NCBI RefSeq assembly: GCF_013004595.1
Contig: NZ_JABEMC010000003.1
Span: forward strand, 248,001 to 312,000
Direction: 5' to 3'
DNA: 64,000 nt
From: Brevibacterium luteolum
GTDB taxonomy: Bacteria; Actinomycetota; Actinomycetes; Actinomycetales; Brevibacteriaceae
The notes beneath the pieces were generated by a model. The model searched no databases. It was given only the letters and a program-made list of their open reading frames with translations, and was not told the DNA's origin. Positions 9,776 to 20,054 of this stretch are shown in pieces; position 1 is the first letter of the stretch; every line of letters starts with the position of its first letter. A program made the translations under genes and the position numbers.

Positions 9776-11287
9776 TCAGCTGCGGTCGAGCTGCTCAGCC
9801 ACCTCGACCAGGGTGCGCACCGGGACGCCGGTGCCGCCCTTGGCCGTGTAGCCCCACGGGCTCTCACTGTTGAAGGCCGGGCCTGCGATGTCGATGTGGG
9901 CCCACTGCTGGCCCTTCTCGACGAACTCGTTGAGGAACACACCGGCGGCGAGCATGCCGCCTTCGCGCTTGCCTGTGTTCTTCAGGTCAGCGACCGTCGA
10001 ATCGAAGTGCGAACGGATCTCCTCGGGGAACGGCATCGGCCACATCGACTCACCGGTGACCTCCGAGGCGAGCACGACGCGGTTGCGTGCCCCGTTGGTG
10101 CCCATGACACCGGAGACGCGGTTGCCGAGTGCGATGACCTGCGCGCCGGTGAGCGTCGCGATGTCGATGAGGAGGTCCGGCTTCTCCTCCTGCGCGGCGA
10201 CGAGCGCGTCGGCGAGCACGAGACGGCCCTCGGCATCGGTGTTGAGCACCTCGACGGTCTTGCCGCCGTAGATGCGGATGACATCGGAGGGACGCTGGGC
10301 GTTGCCGCCGGGCATGTTCTCAGCCAGGGCCAGCCACGCGGTGACCCGCACCGGCAGCTCCAGGTCGGCAGCGGCGAGCACGGCCTGCGCGGCCGCAGCC
10401 GCACCGCCCATATCGCACTTCATCTCCTCCATCGCCTGCGGCGGCTTGAGCGACAGGCCGCCGGAGTCGAACGTGATGCCCTTGCCGACGAGCGAGAGGT
10501 GCTTCTTGGCCTTGCGCGGCTTGTACTCCATCTTCACCAGGCGCGGGCCGCGGGTCGAGCCCTTGCCCACACCGGTCAGGCCGCCGTAGCCGCCGGCCTC
10601 CAGAGCGGCCTCGTCGATGACGGTGACCTTGACTTTGCGTGCCTTGGCCTGCTCGGTGACCGTCTTGGCGAAGGTCTCCGGGTACAGGTCCAGCGGCGGC
10701 TGGTTGACCAGGTCGCGGCAGCGGTTGGTGGCCGCGCCGAGGAACTGGCCGCGTGCGACACCGTCCTTCGAGCCCTTCGGTGCGAGCACCGTGACCGAGG
10801 TGACGCGCTTGTGCTCCTCGGCGTTCGAGCGGTACTCGGTGTAGCGGTATGAGCCGAGCACGGCACCGGTGGCCGTCGCCTCGGCAGCGGCTGCGGTCTG
10901 CGCCGGGAAGGCGATGGCGACCGATTCGCCCTTCGTCAGCGAGCGCACGGCCACAGCTGCCGCGCGGCGCAGCGCCTCGTGAGCGCCATCGGCGTCGAGC
11001 TCTGATTCGAGGGCCACCTCGTCGAAGTCACCGAGGCCGGCCAGCAGCACCGAACCGGCGGCGACGCCCTTGGGGGACGGGATCCGGGCCAGCGCACCGG
11101 CCTTGCCGGTGAAGCCGACAGCGGAGGCAGCGGCGACGAGCTCCTTGCGGGCTCCGGCGGCCAGTGCGACACCGGAGGGGATGGACACGGCATCGCCGTC
11201 AACGGCGACACCGATGACCAGGACGTCGGCTTTGCTGCGGGCGGGTTCGGATGCCGCGGCGTCGATCGTCAGTTCTGCGGTCGTCAT
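9776..11287 (-). CDS. pepA: Leucyl aminopeptidase (M17)
   Basis: GKGITFDSGG, KCDMGG and NTDAEGRL motifs. ATG at 11287 after GGAAAGG. Confidence 0.95.
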   Translation of the reverse strand: MTTAELTIDAAASEPARSKADVLVIGVAVDGDAVSIPSGVALAAGARKELVAAASAVGFTGKAGALARIPSPKGVAAGSVLLAGLGDFDEVALESELDADGAHEALRRAAAVAVRSLTKGESVAIAFPAQTAAAAEATATGAVLGSYRYTEYRSNAEEHKRVTSVTVLAPKGSKDGVARGQFLGAATNRCRDLVNQPPLDLYPETFAKTVTEQAKARKVKVTVIDEAALEAGGYGGLTGVGKGSTRGPRLVKMEYKPRKAKKHLSLVGKGITFDSGGLSLKPPQAMEEMKCDMGGAAAAAQAVLAAADLELPVRVTAWLALAENMPGGNAQRPSDVIRIYGGKTVEVLNTDAEGRLVLADALVAAQEEKPDLLIDIATLTGAQVIALGNRVSGVMGTNGARNRVVLASEVTGESMWPMPFPEEIRSHFDSTVADLKNTGKREGGMLAAGVFLNEFVEKGQQWAHIDIAGPAFNSESPWGYTAKGGTGVPVRTLVEVAEQLDRS

Positions 11288-11451
11288 TCTGTTCCTTTCC
11301 AATAGACAGAAATCTCAGGCAGGGGATCTGCTCCGCCTCCTACCGTAGTCAATGCAGGCGCTGCTGGGACGAAAGTCACCTGCTGAACTTCGATTCGTCA
11401 GCGAACTCCCACGTGTTCTCTGGCGGCCGGAGGCCTCGCTAGGATGAGAGC

Positions 11452-12531
11452 GTGTATTCGCTGATCTTCCGCACCCTGCTCACCCGCCTTGACGCGGAGA
11501 CCGCCCACCACCTCAGCTTCACCGGCCTGCGCGCCCTCGACCGCATGCCCGGCCTGCGCCGGCTCAGCCGCGCGGTCATGAGCCGCGGCACCGCCGATCC
11601 CGTCGAGGTGCTCGGCCTGCGCTTTCCCAACCGGCTGGGCATGGCGGCCGGCTTCGACAAGAACGCCATCGGCATCCGGGCGCTGACCCAGATGGGCTTC
11701 GGACATGTTGAGATCGGCACTGTCACCGCTCACGGCCAGCCGGGCAATCCGCGTCCGCGCCTGTTTCGGCTGCTGGGCCACAATGCGGTGCTCAACCGGA
11801 TGGGCTTCAACAACGACGGGGCGGCCGCCGCCCGGCTCGAACTGCTGCGGGCCCGTGAGGACATCGCCAAGCTGCCGGAGGATCAGCGTCCGATCATCGG
11901 CGTCAACATCGGCAAGACCAAGGTCGTCGAGGCCGCCGATGCCGCTGAGGACTACCGGCAGTCAGCCAGTCAGCTGGCCCCGCTGGCCGACTACCTCGTC
12001 ATCAACGTCAGCTCACCGAACACCCCCGGCCTGCGCGACCTGCAGTCCGCTGAGGCGCTCGAACCGATCATCACCGCAGTCCGCGGCGCCGCCGCCGAGG
12101 CGGTCGGGACTCCGCGCTCGAGCCTCGGGCATGTGCCGCTGCTCATCAAGATCGCCCCAGACCTCGCCGACGAGGACGTCCTCGCCGTCGCCGACCTCGC
12201 TCTGCGCACCGGCGTCGACGGGCTCATCACGACGAACACGACGATCGACCGCTGCGTCCTCTCCGGCGCCGACCGGGCCTTCGCCGAGTCCGAGGCCGGT
12301 GGGATCTCCGGTGAGCCGCTGGCCGAACGCGCCTTCGAGGTGCTGCGCCTGGTGCGCAGCCACGTCGGGGACAAGCTCACGTTCATCGCCGTCGGCGGGA
12401 TCGCCGACGCACGGGATGCCGCTGCCCGGCTCGGTGCCGGCGCCGACCTCGTTCAGGTGTACTCCGGGCTCATCTACGGCGGGCCGATGTGGCCAGGCCG
12501 CATGCTGCGCACACTGCGCCGCAAGCCCTGA
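11452..12531 (+). CDS. pyrD: Quinone-dependent dihydroorotate dehydrogenase
   Basis: AAGFDKN, NRMGFNN, NVSSPNTPGLR and KIAPDL motifs. Confidence 0.96.
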   Translation: MYSLIFRTLLTRLDAETAHHLSFTGLRALDRMPGLRRLSRAVMSRGTADPVEVLGLRFPNRLGMAAGFDKNAIGIRALTQMGFGHVEIGTVTAHGQPGNPRPRLFRLLGHNAVLNRMGFNNDGAAAARLELLRAREDIAKLPEDQRPIIGVNIGKTKVVEAADAAEDYRQSASQLAPLADYLVINVSSPNTPGLRDLQSAEALEPIITAVRGAAAEAVGTPRSSLGHVPLLIKIAPDLADEDVLAVADLALRTGVDGLITTNTTIDRCVLSGADRAFAESEAGGISGEPLAERAFEVLRLVRSHVGDKLTFIAVGGIADARDAAARLGAGADLVQVYSGLIYGGPMWPGRMLRTLRRKP

Positions 12532-12575
12532 GCATCGCGCATTCGAGAGGCCCCGTATACGAGTCCTATATAGAG

Positions 12576-12609
12576 GAGAGGCGCCCCCGCACGAACGGGG
12601 GCGCTTCTC
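12576..12609. terminator. Hairpin terminator between pyrD and the DUF3043 gene
   Basis: GAGAGGCGCCCCC...GGGGGCGCTTCTC inverted repeat. Confidence 0.6.
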
Positions 12610-12675
12610 TCATCTCCTCAACCGGCACCTCGGGTGCGGGCTCGGCGGGCGGAACCACCGCCTCGGGACCGGAGA

Positions 12676-13311
12676 TCAGGACGGGTACTGGCCGCGCTTG
12701 ACCTTGGGCTTGGGGATGCGCAGCACCCGCAGCTGGATGGCGCGCATGACGGCGTAGAAGGTCAGGCCGCGCTCGAGGTTCTCCTTGCCGCCGAACTTCT
12801 GGGCCATCCGGCCCTTCATCACGTAGTTGAGGATGAAGCAGTCGATGACGACGAGCAGGATGAGGCCGTAGACGGCATAGCTCGTGACGATCTGCACCTG
12901 CGGAGTCGAGATGATGAAGCCGATGAGCAGCACGATGAAGGCGAAGGGAATGAACATCTCACCGATCGAGAAGCGGGCGTCGACGAAATCGCGTACATAC
13001 CGCCGCTGCGGGCCGCGATCGCGCGGGCCGAGGAACTTCTCATCACCCTGCATCAGGCCGATGCGGGCCTCATCGCGCTTGCGGCGGATCTCAGCCTTGG
13101 CCTGCTTGTTCGCCGAACGCCGGTCCTCGCCGACGAGCGGCTGACGGCGGGCTGCCTCCTGCTGTGAGCGCTTCGGCGTCGGGCGGTTCTTCTTCGCCTC
13201 AGCCGGATTCAGCGCCTCGGCAGCCTCGTCGACCGGGCCAGCGGAGGCAGCATGGGAGCCCGTCCGCTCTGCGGGCGATTCATCCTGGGAGTTCTTCTTC
13301 CGTCCAAACAC
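12676..13311 (-). CDS. DUF3043 family membrane protein
   Basis: KNRPTPKR, RDRGPQRRYVRDFVDAR, two TM helices and R..RIPKPKV C-terminus. Confidence 0.85.
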   Translation of the reverse strand: MFGRKKNSQDESPAERTGSHAASAGPVDEAAEALNPAEAKKNRPTPKRSQQEAARRQPLVGEDRRSANKQAKAEIRRKRDEARIGLMQGDEKFLGPRDRGPQRRYVRDFVDARFSIGEMFIPFAFIVLLIGFIISTPQVQIVTSYAVYGLILLVVIDCFILNYVMKGRMAQKFGGKENLERGLTFYAVMRAIQLRVLRIPKPKVKRGQYPS

Positions 13312-13344
13312 GCCCTCTATCGTATCCGACTATAGGATCGCCCT

Positions 13345-14709
13345 ATGACCCACCTGAACCGTGCTGAACTGACCTCCCGCCTCGACGCGATCTACGACGA
13401 CGTCCTGGCCCGCCTGAGCGAACTCGTCGCCATCCCATCTCTGGCCTGGCCGACGGCAGATCCCGCCCATGTCGACGCCACCGCGGCTGCTGTCGCACGC
13501 ATGGCTGAGCCGCTGGGGTTCGAAACCGTCGAGACGCTGCGGGCTCAGAACCCCGACGGCACTCCCGGATTCCCCGCCGTCGTCGCCAGCCGCCCGGCTC
13601 CCGAGGGCCGGCCGACCGTCGTCCTCTATGCCCATCACGACGTGCAGCCGGCCGGAGACCTGAGCCAGTGGGAGACCCCGCCGTTCGAGGCGACGATCCG
13701 CGGCGACCGCATGTACGGCCGCGGTGCTGCCGACGACAAGGCCGGCATCCTCGTCCACCTCACCGCTGTGCAGCTGCTCGGCGACGAACTCGGCGTCGGG
13801 GTCGTCCTCTTCATCGAAGGCGAGGAGGAGATCGGCTCGCCGAGCTTCCGCAGCTTCCTGGAGACCTACCGCGACAAGCTGGCCGGTGATGCGATCATCG
13901 TCGCCGACTCCTCCAATCTGGCCTGCGGAAAGCCGGCGCTGACGACGAGCCTGCGCGGCATGGCCGGCCTCGAATTCACCGTCCGCACGCTGGACCACTC
14001 CGTGCACTCGGGCATGTACGGCGGCGCCGTTCCCGACGCCACCCTGGCCATGACCCGCCTGCTGGCCACCCTGCACGATGACGACGGGGCGGTGGCCGTC
14101 AGCGGTCTGCGCTCCGCGCCCGAGGCGGCGGCTGAGTACGGCGATGACCCGATGGGCACCGACACGGTGGCCCTGCCCGGCACATCGCTCATCGGCCGCG
14201 GTGCGATCGCCTCACGCCTGTGGCACCAGCCCTCGATCACCGTCATCGGCATCGACACCCCGTACGTCGACGACTCCTCGAACACGCTGCTGGCCAGCGT
14301 GCGCGCGAAGATCTCGATCCGCCTGGCACCGGGGGAGGACCCCGCCGATGCCCTGGCCGCAGTCAAAGCGCACCTCCAAGAGCACGTGCCCTTCGGCGCA
14401 GAGCTGGAGTTCGGCGCCGAGGAGTCCGGCGCCCCGTGGAGCGCTGATTCCTCCGATCCGGTCATCGCGACTGCGATGGAGGCGCTGAGCGAAGGCTTCG
14501 GCGCTGACGCAGTCCAGATGGGACTCGGCGGCTCGATCCCGTTCATCGCCGATCTCGTCGAGGTCTTCCCGCAGGCATCGATCCTCGTCACCGGCATCGA
14601 AGACCCCGACACCCGCGCCCACAGCCCGAACGAATCGCTGTACCTGCCCGACTTCCGTTCGGCGATCAGCTCCGAGGCGCTGCTGCTCGACCGGCTCGCC
14701 CGCGACTGA
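13345..14709 (+). CDS. M20/M25/M40 family dipeptidase
   Basis: YAHHDVQP, GRGAADDK, EGEEE and AHSPNE motifs. Confidence 0.92.
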   Translation: MTHLNRAELTSRLDAIYDDVLARLSELVAIPSLAWPTADPAHVDATAAAVARMAEPLGFETVETLRAQNPDGTPGFPAVVASRPAPEGRPTVVLYAHHDVQPAGDLSQWETPPFEATIRGDRMYGRGAADDKAGILVHLTAVQLLGDELGVGVVLFIEGEEEIGSPSFRSFLETYRDKLAGDAIIVADSSNLACGKPALTTSLRGMAGLEFTVRTLDHSVHSGMYGGAVPDATLAMTRLLATLHDDDGAVAVSGLRSAPEAAAEYGDDPMGTDTVALPGTSLIGRGAIASRLWHQPSITVIGIDTPYVDDSSNTLLASVRAKISIRLAPGEDPADALAAVKAHLQEHVPFGAELEFGAEESGAPWSADSSDPVIATAMEALSEGFGADAVQMGLGGSIPFIADLVEVFPQASILVTGIEDPDTRAHSPNESLYLPDFRSAISSEALLLDRLARD

Positions 14710-14734
14710 GCGCTCTCACCGCAGCGCGATCAAT

Positions 14735-14760
14735 GGAATAATGGCGCCACGACGAACGTT
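14735..14760 (+). promoter_or_regulatory. SigH/SigR-type ECF promoter upstream of hesB/sufA
   Basis: GGAAT-N18-GTT exact consensus. Confidence 0.7.
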
Positions 14761-14863
14761 GCACAGGCGACGCCTCCGTGGGGCCCATCCGGGCCCGGCA
14801 GCGCCGCAGCCAGCCGGAGCGCCTCGCTCTGACTGCACGACCGAACAGATGTAAGGAGACCTC

Positions 14864-15217
14864 ATGACCGCCACGCAGGACACGAGCGCCACGCACGAAG
14901 TCGACCTCACCTCCGAGGCGGCCGACAAGGTGCGCAGCCTCCTGCAGCAGGAGGGTCGCGACGACCTGCGCCTGCGCGTGGCCGTGCAGCCCGGCGGCTG
15001 CTCAGGCCTGATCTACCAGCTGTACTTCGACGAGCGGTTCCTCGACGGCGATGCCGTGCGCGACTTCGACGGCGTCGAGGTCATCGTCGACCGGATGAGC
15101 GTGCCCTACCTCAACGGCTCGACGATCGACTTCTCCGACACCATCGAGAAGCAGGGCTTCACGATCGACAATCCGAATGCCGCCGGCTCGTGCGCCTGCG
15201 GCGACTCCTTCAGCTGA
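14864..15217 (+). CDS. HesB/IscA/SufA-type Fe-S carrier protein
   Basis: GGCSG and SCACGDSF motifs. Confidence 0.95.
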   Translation: MTATQDTSATHEVDLTSEAADKVRSLLQQEGRDDLRLRVAVQPGGCSGLIYQLYFDERFLDGDAVRDFDGVEVIVDRMSVPYLNGSTIDFSDTIEKQGFTIDNPNAAGSCACGDSFS

Positions 15218-15233
15218 CTCAGCTGCACCAGCC

Positions 15234-15872
15234 ATGTCACAGGGCCTGGACGATCTCCGCGCCGTCGGCGCCATCAGCGGGATCGACCAGGTCCTGTCTG
15301 CATACCGGGCTGGGCTCTTCCCGATGGGCATCGGCCAGCACGGCGCACCGCCGATCGGCTGGTGGGCCCCGCTGACGCGCGGGGTGCTCAGGCCCGGGCA
15401 GCTGCGCGTGTCGCGATCCCTGCGCCGCTCGCTCACCCGCTTCACGTGGTCGGTCGACGCCGCCTTCGCCGAGGTGGTGGCCGGCTGTGCAGACCCCTCC
15501 CGCGACGGCGCCTGGATCACCCCGCAGATCGCACAGCTGTACCAGCGCCTGCATGAGGCCGGCCACGCCCACTCGATCGAGGTCTACGAAGACGGCCGGC
15601 TCGCCGGCGGACTCTACGGGGTCGCGTTCGGCGGTGTGTTCTGCGGGGAGTCGATGTTCCACACCAGCCGCGACGCCTCCAAGGTCGCCCTCGTCAGGCT
15701 CGTCGAACTGCTCGACAGCGTCGGCGATCACACCCCGTGGATCATCGACACGCAGTGGCAGACCTCACACCTCGAAACTCTCGGCGTGTCGGAGGTCAGC
15801 GGGTTCGAGTACCTCGAAGCGCTTGCCGTCGCGCGGAGCGGCCGTCATTTCCAGGCTTTTCTCACGAAATGA
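15234..15872 (+). CDS. aat: Leucyl/phenylalanyl-tRNA--protein transferase
   Basis: AYRAGLFP, GHAHSIEV, GGLYGV, GESMF and DASKVAL motifs. Confidence 0.9.
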   Translation: MSQGLDDLRAVGAISGIDQVLSAYRAGLFPMGIGQHGAPPIGWWAPLTRGVLRPGQLRVSRSLRRSLTRFTWSVDAAFAEVVAGCADPSRDGAWITPQIAQLYQRLHEAGHAHSIEVYEDGRLAGGLYGVAFGGVFCGESMFHTSRDASKVALVRLVELLDSVGDHTPWIIDTQWQTSHLETLGVSEVSGFEYLEALAVARSGRHFQAFLTK

Positions 15873-16004
15873 GCAGTCGGAAGTGAATTTCTACCTCTTG
15901 TAGCGGTAAGGTGGACGAGAACAAAGTCAGTGTTCGGCGATTCGCGTGCGTCCGCTCAGATGAGAGGGCCCGCGAGGAGCTGACAAAGTTGCGAAAGGCT
16001 GCAC

Positions 16005-16895
16005 GTGGATTCTCCGAATCAGCCAGTCCGCTCGGGCCCCACAGCCTGGGCCAAGCGGCTCGGTGTCATTGGCGCCCTGGGTGCCGTTGCGCTGCTCTCC
16101 GGCTGCTCGAAGGAGCACTGGGAAGTAGGATTCCTCCCACCTGAGTCCAAGGGAGCGACGTCCCACACGGATCACTACATTCACCTGTGGAACGGCGGCT
16201 GGATCGCCGCGCTCATCGTCGGTTTCGTCACCTGGGGCCTGCTGCTGTGGTGCGTCGTCGCCTACCGCCGTCGCAAGCACGAGCGCGGGCTGCCCGTCCA
16301 GCTGGCCTACAACATGCCGATCGAGATCCTCTATACGGTTGTGCCGATCATCCTCGTCATCGGATTCTTCTTCGAAACCGTCAAGGCTGTGGAGAACACC
16401 AGCTATGACGACACTCCTGGCGAGGTTGTCGTCGAAGTGGTCGGCAAGCAGTGGGCATGGGACTTCAACTACATCACTGAGGACGCTTACTACTCCAGTG
16501 TTCAGGTGAATCTCGACGGAACGGAGAAGGCCGGCGAGAAGGTCCCGGTTCTGTACCTGCCGTCGAACACCGACCTGGAGATCCAGCTGCGCTCCCGTGA
16601 CGTCATCCACTCGTTCTGGGTTCCGGCATTCCTCGAAAAGCGGGATATGATCCCCGGCCGAACCTCGTCGCTGCACTTCCAAGCGCTGAAGGAAGGCGAG
16701 TACATCGGCAAGTGCGCTGAGCTCTGCGGCGAGTTCCACTCCGAGATGCTCTTCGACGTCAAGGTCGTCTCCATGGACGAGTACAAGGCCTACACCGACT
16801 CGCTGCGCGAGGAAGGCAACACCGGACGTCTCGGGCCCGAGTACGACCGCACTGATTGGTACAAGAACCCACATGAGGGAGGGGATGACGAGTGA
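16005..16895 (+). CDS. ctaC: Cytochrome c oxidase subunit II
   Basis: Lipobox LLSGC, QWAWDF, DVIHSFW and the CuA motif [12 protein letters not shown]. Confidence 0.96.
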   Translation: MDSPNQPVRSGPTAWAKRLGVIGALGAVALLSGCSKEHWEVGFLPPESKGATSHTDHYIHLWNGGWIAALIVGFVTWGLLLWCVVAYRRRKHERGLPVQLAYNMPIEILYTVVPIILVIGFFFETVKAVENTSYDDTPGEVVVEVVGKQWAWDFNYITEDAYYSSVQVNLDGTEKAGEKVPVLYLPSNTDLEIQLRSRDVIHSFWVPAFLEKRDMIPGRTSSLHFQALKEGEYIGKCAELCGEFHSEMLFDVKVVSMDEYKAYTDSLREEGNTGRLGPEYDRTDWYKNPHEGGDDE

Positions 16896-18604
16896 CCGCT
16901 GTCGCTGATAGCAACCGCACTGTCACAGTCGACCAGGCACCTGTGCCCAAGAGCCTGGGCAGGGTCATCGTCAATTGGATCACGTCGACGGACCACAAGA
17001 CCATCGGGTACATGTACCTGATCGCGTCGTTCTCGTTCTTCTGCATCGGCGGCGTCATGGCGCTGCTCATCCGACTCGAGCTCTTCGAGCCGGGCATGCA
17101 GATCCTGGAGACCAAGGAGCAGTACAACCAGCTGTTCACTATGCACGGCACGCTCATGCTGCTGATGTTCGCAACGCCGCTGTTCGCTGGATTTGCGAAT
17201 GTCATCATGCCGCTGCAGATCGGCGCTCCTGACGTCGCGTTCCCGCGCCTGAACGCTTTCGCCTTCTGGCTCTTCCTGTTCGGCAGCCTCATCGCCTGCG
17301 CCGGCTTCCTCACCCCGCAGGGTGCGGCCTCGTTCGGCTGGACGGCATACGCACCGCTGTCGAACACGACGTTCACACCGGGCATCGGCGGCCACATGTG
17401 GGTCATGGGCCTGGCCTTCCAGGGCTTCGGCACGATCCTCGGCTCGGTGAACTTCATCACCACCATCATCACGATGCGCGCCCCGGGCATGACGATGTTC
17501 CGCATGCCGATCTTCACCTGGAACACCCTCATCACCGGTATCCTCGTGATGATGGCGTTTCCGCCGCTGGCCGCCGCCCTGCTCGCGCTCGGCGCCGACC
17601 GCATCCTCGGTGCGCACGTCTTCAGCCCGGAGAACGGCGGCCCGATCCTGTGGCAGCACCTGTTCTGGTTCTTCGGTCACCCGGAGGTCTACGTCATCGC
17701 ACTGCCGTTCTTCGGCATCGTCTCGGAGATCTTCCCGACCTTCAGCCGCAAGCCGATCTTCGGCTACAAGGGCCTCGTCTACGCCACGATCGCGATCTCG
17801 GCTCTGTCCGTGACCGTGTGGGCACACCACATGTACGTCACCGGCGCAGTGCTGCTGCCGTTCTTCGCCTTCATGACAATGCTCATCGCTGTTCCGACCG
17901 GTGTGAAGATCTACAACTGGATCGGCACGATGTGGCGCGGCTCGCTGACATTCGAGACCCCGATGCTCTGGTCGCTCGGCTTCCTCGTCAGCTTCGTCTT
18001 CGGTGGCATCACCGGTGTCGTGCTGGCCAGCCCGGCAATGGACCAGCAGCTGTCCGATTCCTACTTCGTCGTTGCGCACTTCCACTACGTCATCTTCGGC
18101 ACCGTGGTCTTCGCGATGTTCGCCGGATTCTACTTCTGGTGGCCGAAGTGGACGGGCAAGATGCTCGACGAGACCCTGGGCAAGATCCACTTCTGGCTCC
18201 TGTTCATCGGCTTCCACGGCACGTTCCTTGTCCAGCACTGGATGGGTGCCGACGGCATGCCGCGCCGTTACGCCGACTTCCTGCCGCAGGACGGCTGGAC
18301 CTGGATGAACCAGATCTCCACCGTCGGCGCACTGATCCTCGGCCTCTCGATGATCCCGTGGTTCTGGAATGTCTGGGTCACCGCACGCAAGGCACCGAAG
18401 GTCACTGTCAACGACCCGTGGGGCTACGGCTCCTCGCTCGAATGGGCAACCTCCTGCCCACCGCCGCGTCACAACTTCACCTCGCTGCCGCGCATCCGCT
18501 CGGAGCGCCCGGTATTCGATGCCAACCATCCCGAGCTCCTGGAGCTCGTTGGTCACCCGCGTGACGCCTACTCGATGATCGAGAAGAAGGAGACCGCCAA
18601 GTGA
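16892..18604 (+). CDS. ctaD: Cytochrome c oxidase subunit I
   Basis: [15 protein letters not shown] and AHFHY motifs. Confidence 0.98.
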   Translation: MTAVADSNRTVTVDQAPVPKSLGRVIVNWITSTDHKTIGYMYLIASFSFFCIGGVMALLIRLELFEPGMQILETKEQYNQLFTMHGTLMLLMFATPLFAGFANVIMPLQIGAPDVAFPRLNAFAFWLFLFGSLIACAGFLTPQGAASFGWTAYAPLSNTTFTPGIGGHMWVMGLAFQGFGTILGSVNFITTIITMRAPGMTMFRMPIFTWNTLITGILVMMAFPPLAAALLALGADRILGAHVFSPENGGPILWQHLFWFFGHPEVYVIALPFFGIVSEIFPTFSRKPIFGYKGLVYATIAISALSVTVWAHHMYVTGAVLLPFFAFMTMLIAVPTGVKIYNWIGTMWRGSLTFETPMLWSLGFLVSFVFGGITGVVLASPAMDQQLSDSYFVVAHFHYVIFGTVVFAMFAGFYFWWPKWTGKMLDETLGKIHFWLLFIGFHGTFLVQHWMGADGMPRRYADFLPQDGWTWMNQISTVGALILGLSMIPWFWNVWVTARKAPKVTVNDPWGYGSSLEWATSCPPPRHNFTSLPRIRSERPVFDANHPELLELVGHPRDAYSMIEKKETAK

Positions 18605-19002
18605 AGACCTCAGCAATCATCTTCTCCTCAGGGCTGTTCTTCTTCGTCCCCGTCGCGATCGTCTACGGCATCCTGACGGACTTCAAAGAGCTCGTCGGAT
18701 TCCCGGCCATCCTGCTGCTCGGCGGTATGGCCATCATGATCGGCGGTTACCTGTTCCTGCAGCACCGCAGCGTCGGAGACACTCCGATGGATCGCCTCGA
18801 TGCCGAGATCTCTGACGAACACTACGAGTACGGCTTCTACAGCCCGTGGAGCTGGTGGCCCATCATCATCGCCACCGGTGCAGGCATCTGCTTCCTCGGC
18901 GTTGCCGTGGGATGGTGGATCTTCCCGTTCGGTGCCGTGATCGCCTTCATCGGCGTCATCGGACTCGTCTACGAGTACAACCGGGGCGACCACGCACACT
19001 GA
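18601..19002 (+). CDS. ctaF: Cytochrome c oxidase subunit IV
   Basis: Hydrophobic 133 aa protein with [10 protein letters not shown]; overlaps the ctaD stop. Confidence 0.92.
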   Translation: MKTSAIIFSSGLFFFVPVAIVYGILTDFKELVGFPAILLLGGMAIMIGGYLFLQHRSVGDTPMDRLDAEISDEHYEYGFYSPWSWWPIIIATGAGICFLGVAVGWWIFPFGAVIAFIGVIGLVYEYNRGDHAH

Positions 19003-19017
19003 TGCTCTGTGAGCCCG

Positions 19018-19057
19018 AGGGCCTGCCAGGATGTTCATCATCCTGGCAGGCCCTTTT
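19018..19057 (+). terminator. Intrinsic terminator of ctaCDF
   Basis: 16-bp stem AGGGCCTGCCAGGATG/CATCCTGGCAGGCCCT followed by TTT. Confidence 0.85.
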
Positions 19058-20004
19058 CGCTGCCGTCGCGACTCAAACCTGTGGGCGGACGAGCAGGAAG
19101 TGCGCGCTGCGACGATCCGAACCTTGCGCAGAGCTTGCCAACTCTGTGGAGGAGAGGCCGGTAACGCTTCCAGCGCCGGCCAGCCATCCACCGCCGCTTT
19201 GACAGTCGATCGAGGCCGACGCAGTGTGCATGCCGCGTACCGCGTACGTCCAGCCTGCAGCTGTGATGAGCGGTGCCAGCAGTTTCGAGCGGCCCGTCGG
19301 TCGCCGGTGTCCTTCACTTCTAATGCGGAGAGGCTCCCGCCGCGCATCCGTGTGCTGGACGTTGCGGGCTCTCCGAAGACATCGTGAATGGGCAGAGCGC
19401 CGCTGAGTCCGCTGCCGGTGCCGTATAAGAAGATGTCGATCGAGAATCTCTGCGCTCTCTATCGTCGATGGAAAGGATACGCATCCTGCGGCAGAGCCAG
19501 TCGTCCTTCGCAGCCGGGCAGCCGCCCAGGAAGGAGCGGCCCTATTGACGGCCCAGTTGCAGAGGTCGGCTGAACGAGCGGTCGATGTGGAAGCATGTGA
19601 CGCCGGCCTGCGAACGCACTGCTCAAGCCTGGTTCCAGCACGCAGAAGCCGGCATGGTTGAGACGCGATCTCATCGGCTGCTGCGCGCAACCCTCCTCAA
19701 GGCTGAATTGCATGTCGCCGAGGAGGCCTACGGGCCGCCCGTATGGTGACGCGCGGGGAAGCCGTGATCCGAGACGCGAATGGCCGTCGTCCGCGGGGGA
19801 GCAGGATCAGAGGGGGCCAGAGCGGCTCCGTGCTTCATAAATCCCGTGAGGTGACTCTGGAGAATAGAGCAGGCGCTAGGTTCGATGGACATCCCGGCGC
19901 ACCGAGCGTTGATTCCGCGATGTGCGGCAGCAGCTATCCCAGACGTGCTGCGACGGGGCGCTGTCATTCCTGGAAGCTGTCAGCCAGCGCCCCTGGAAGT
20001 TACG

Positions 20005-20037
20005 AAAGAGGCGCCAGTCGCAATGACTGGCGCCTCT
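20005..20037 (-). terminator. Intrinsic terminator of ctaE-qcrCAB
   Basis: AGAGGCGCCAGTC...GACTGGCGCCTCT with a short U run on the minus strand. Confidence 0.8.
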
Positions 20038-20054
20038 CTCAGGTGATCAGCGAA

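Noticed and set aside
16790..18616. 608-aa minus-strand ORF
   Set aside because: Antisense to ctaD.
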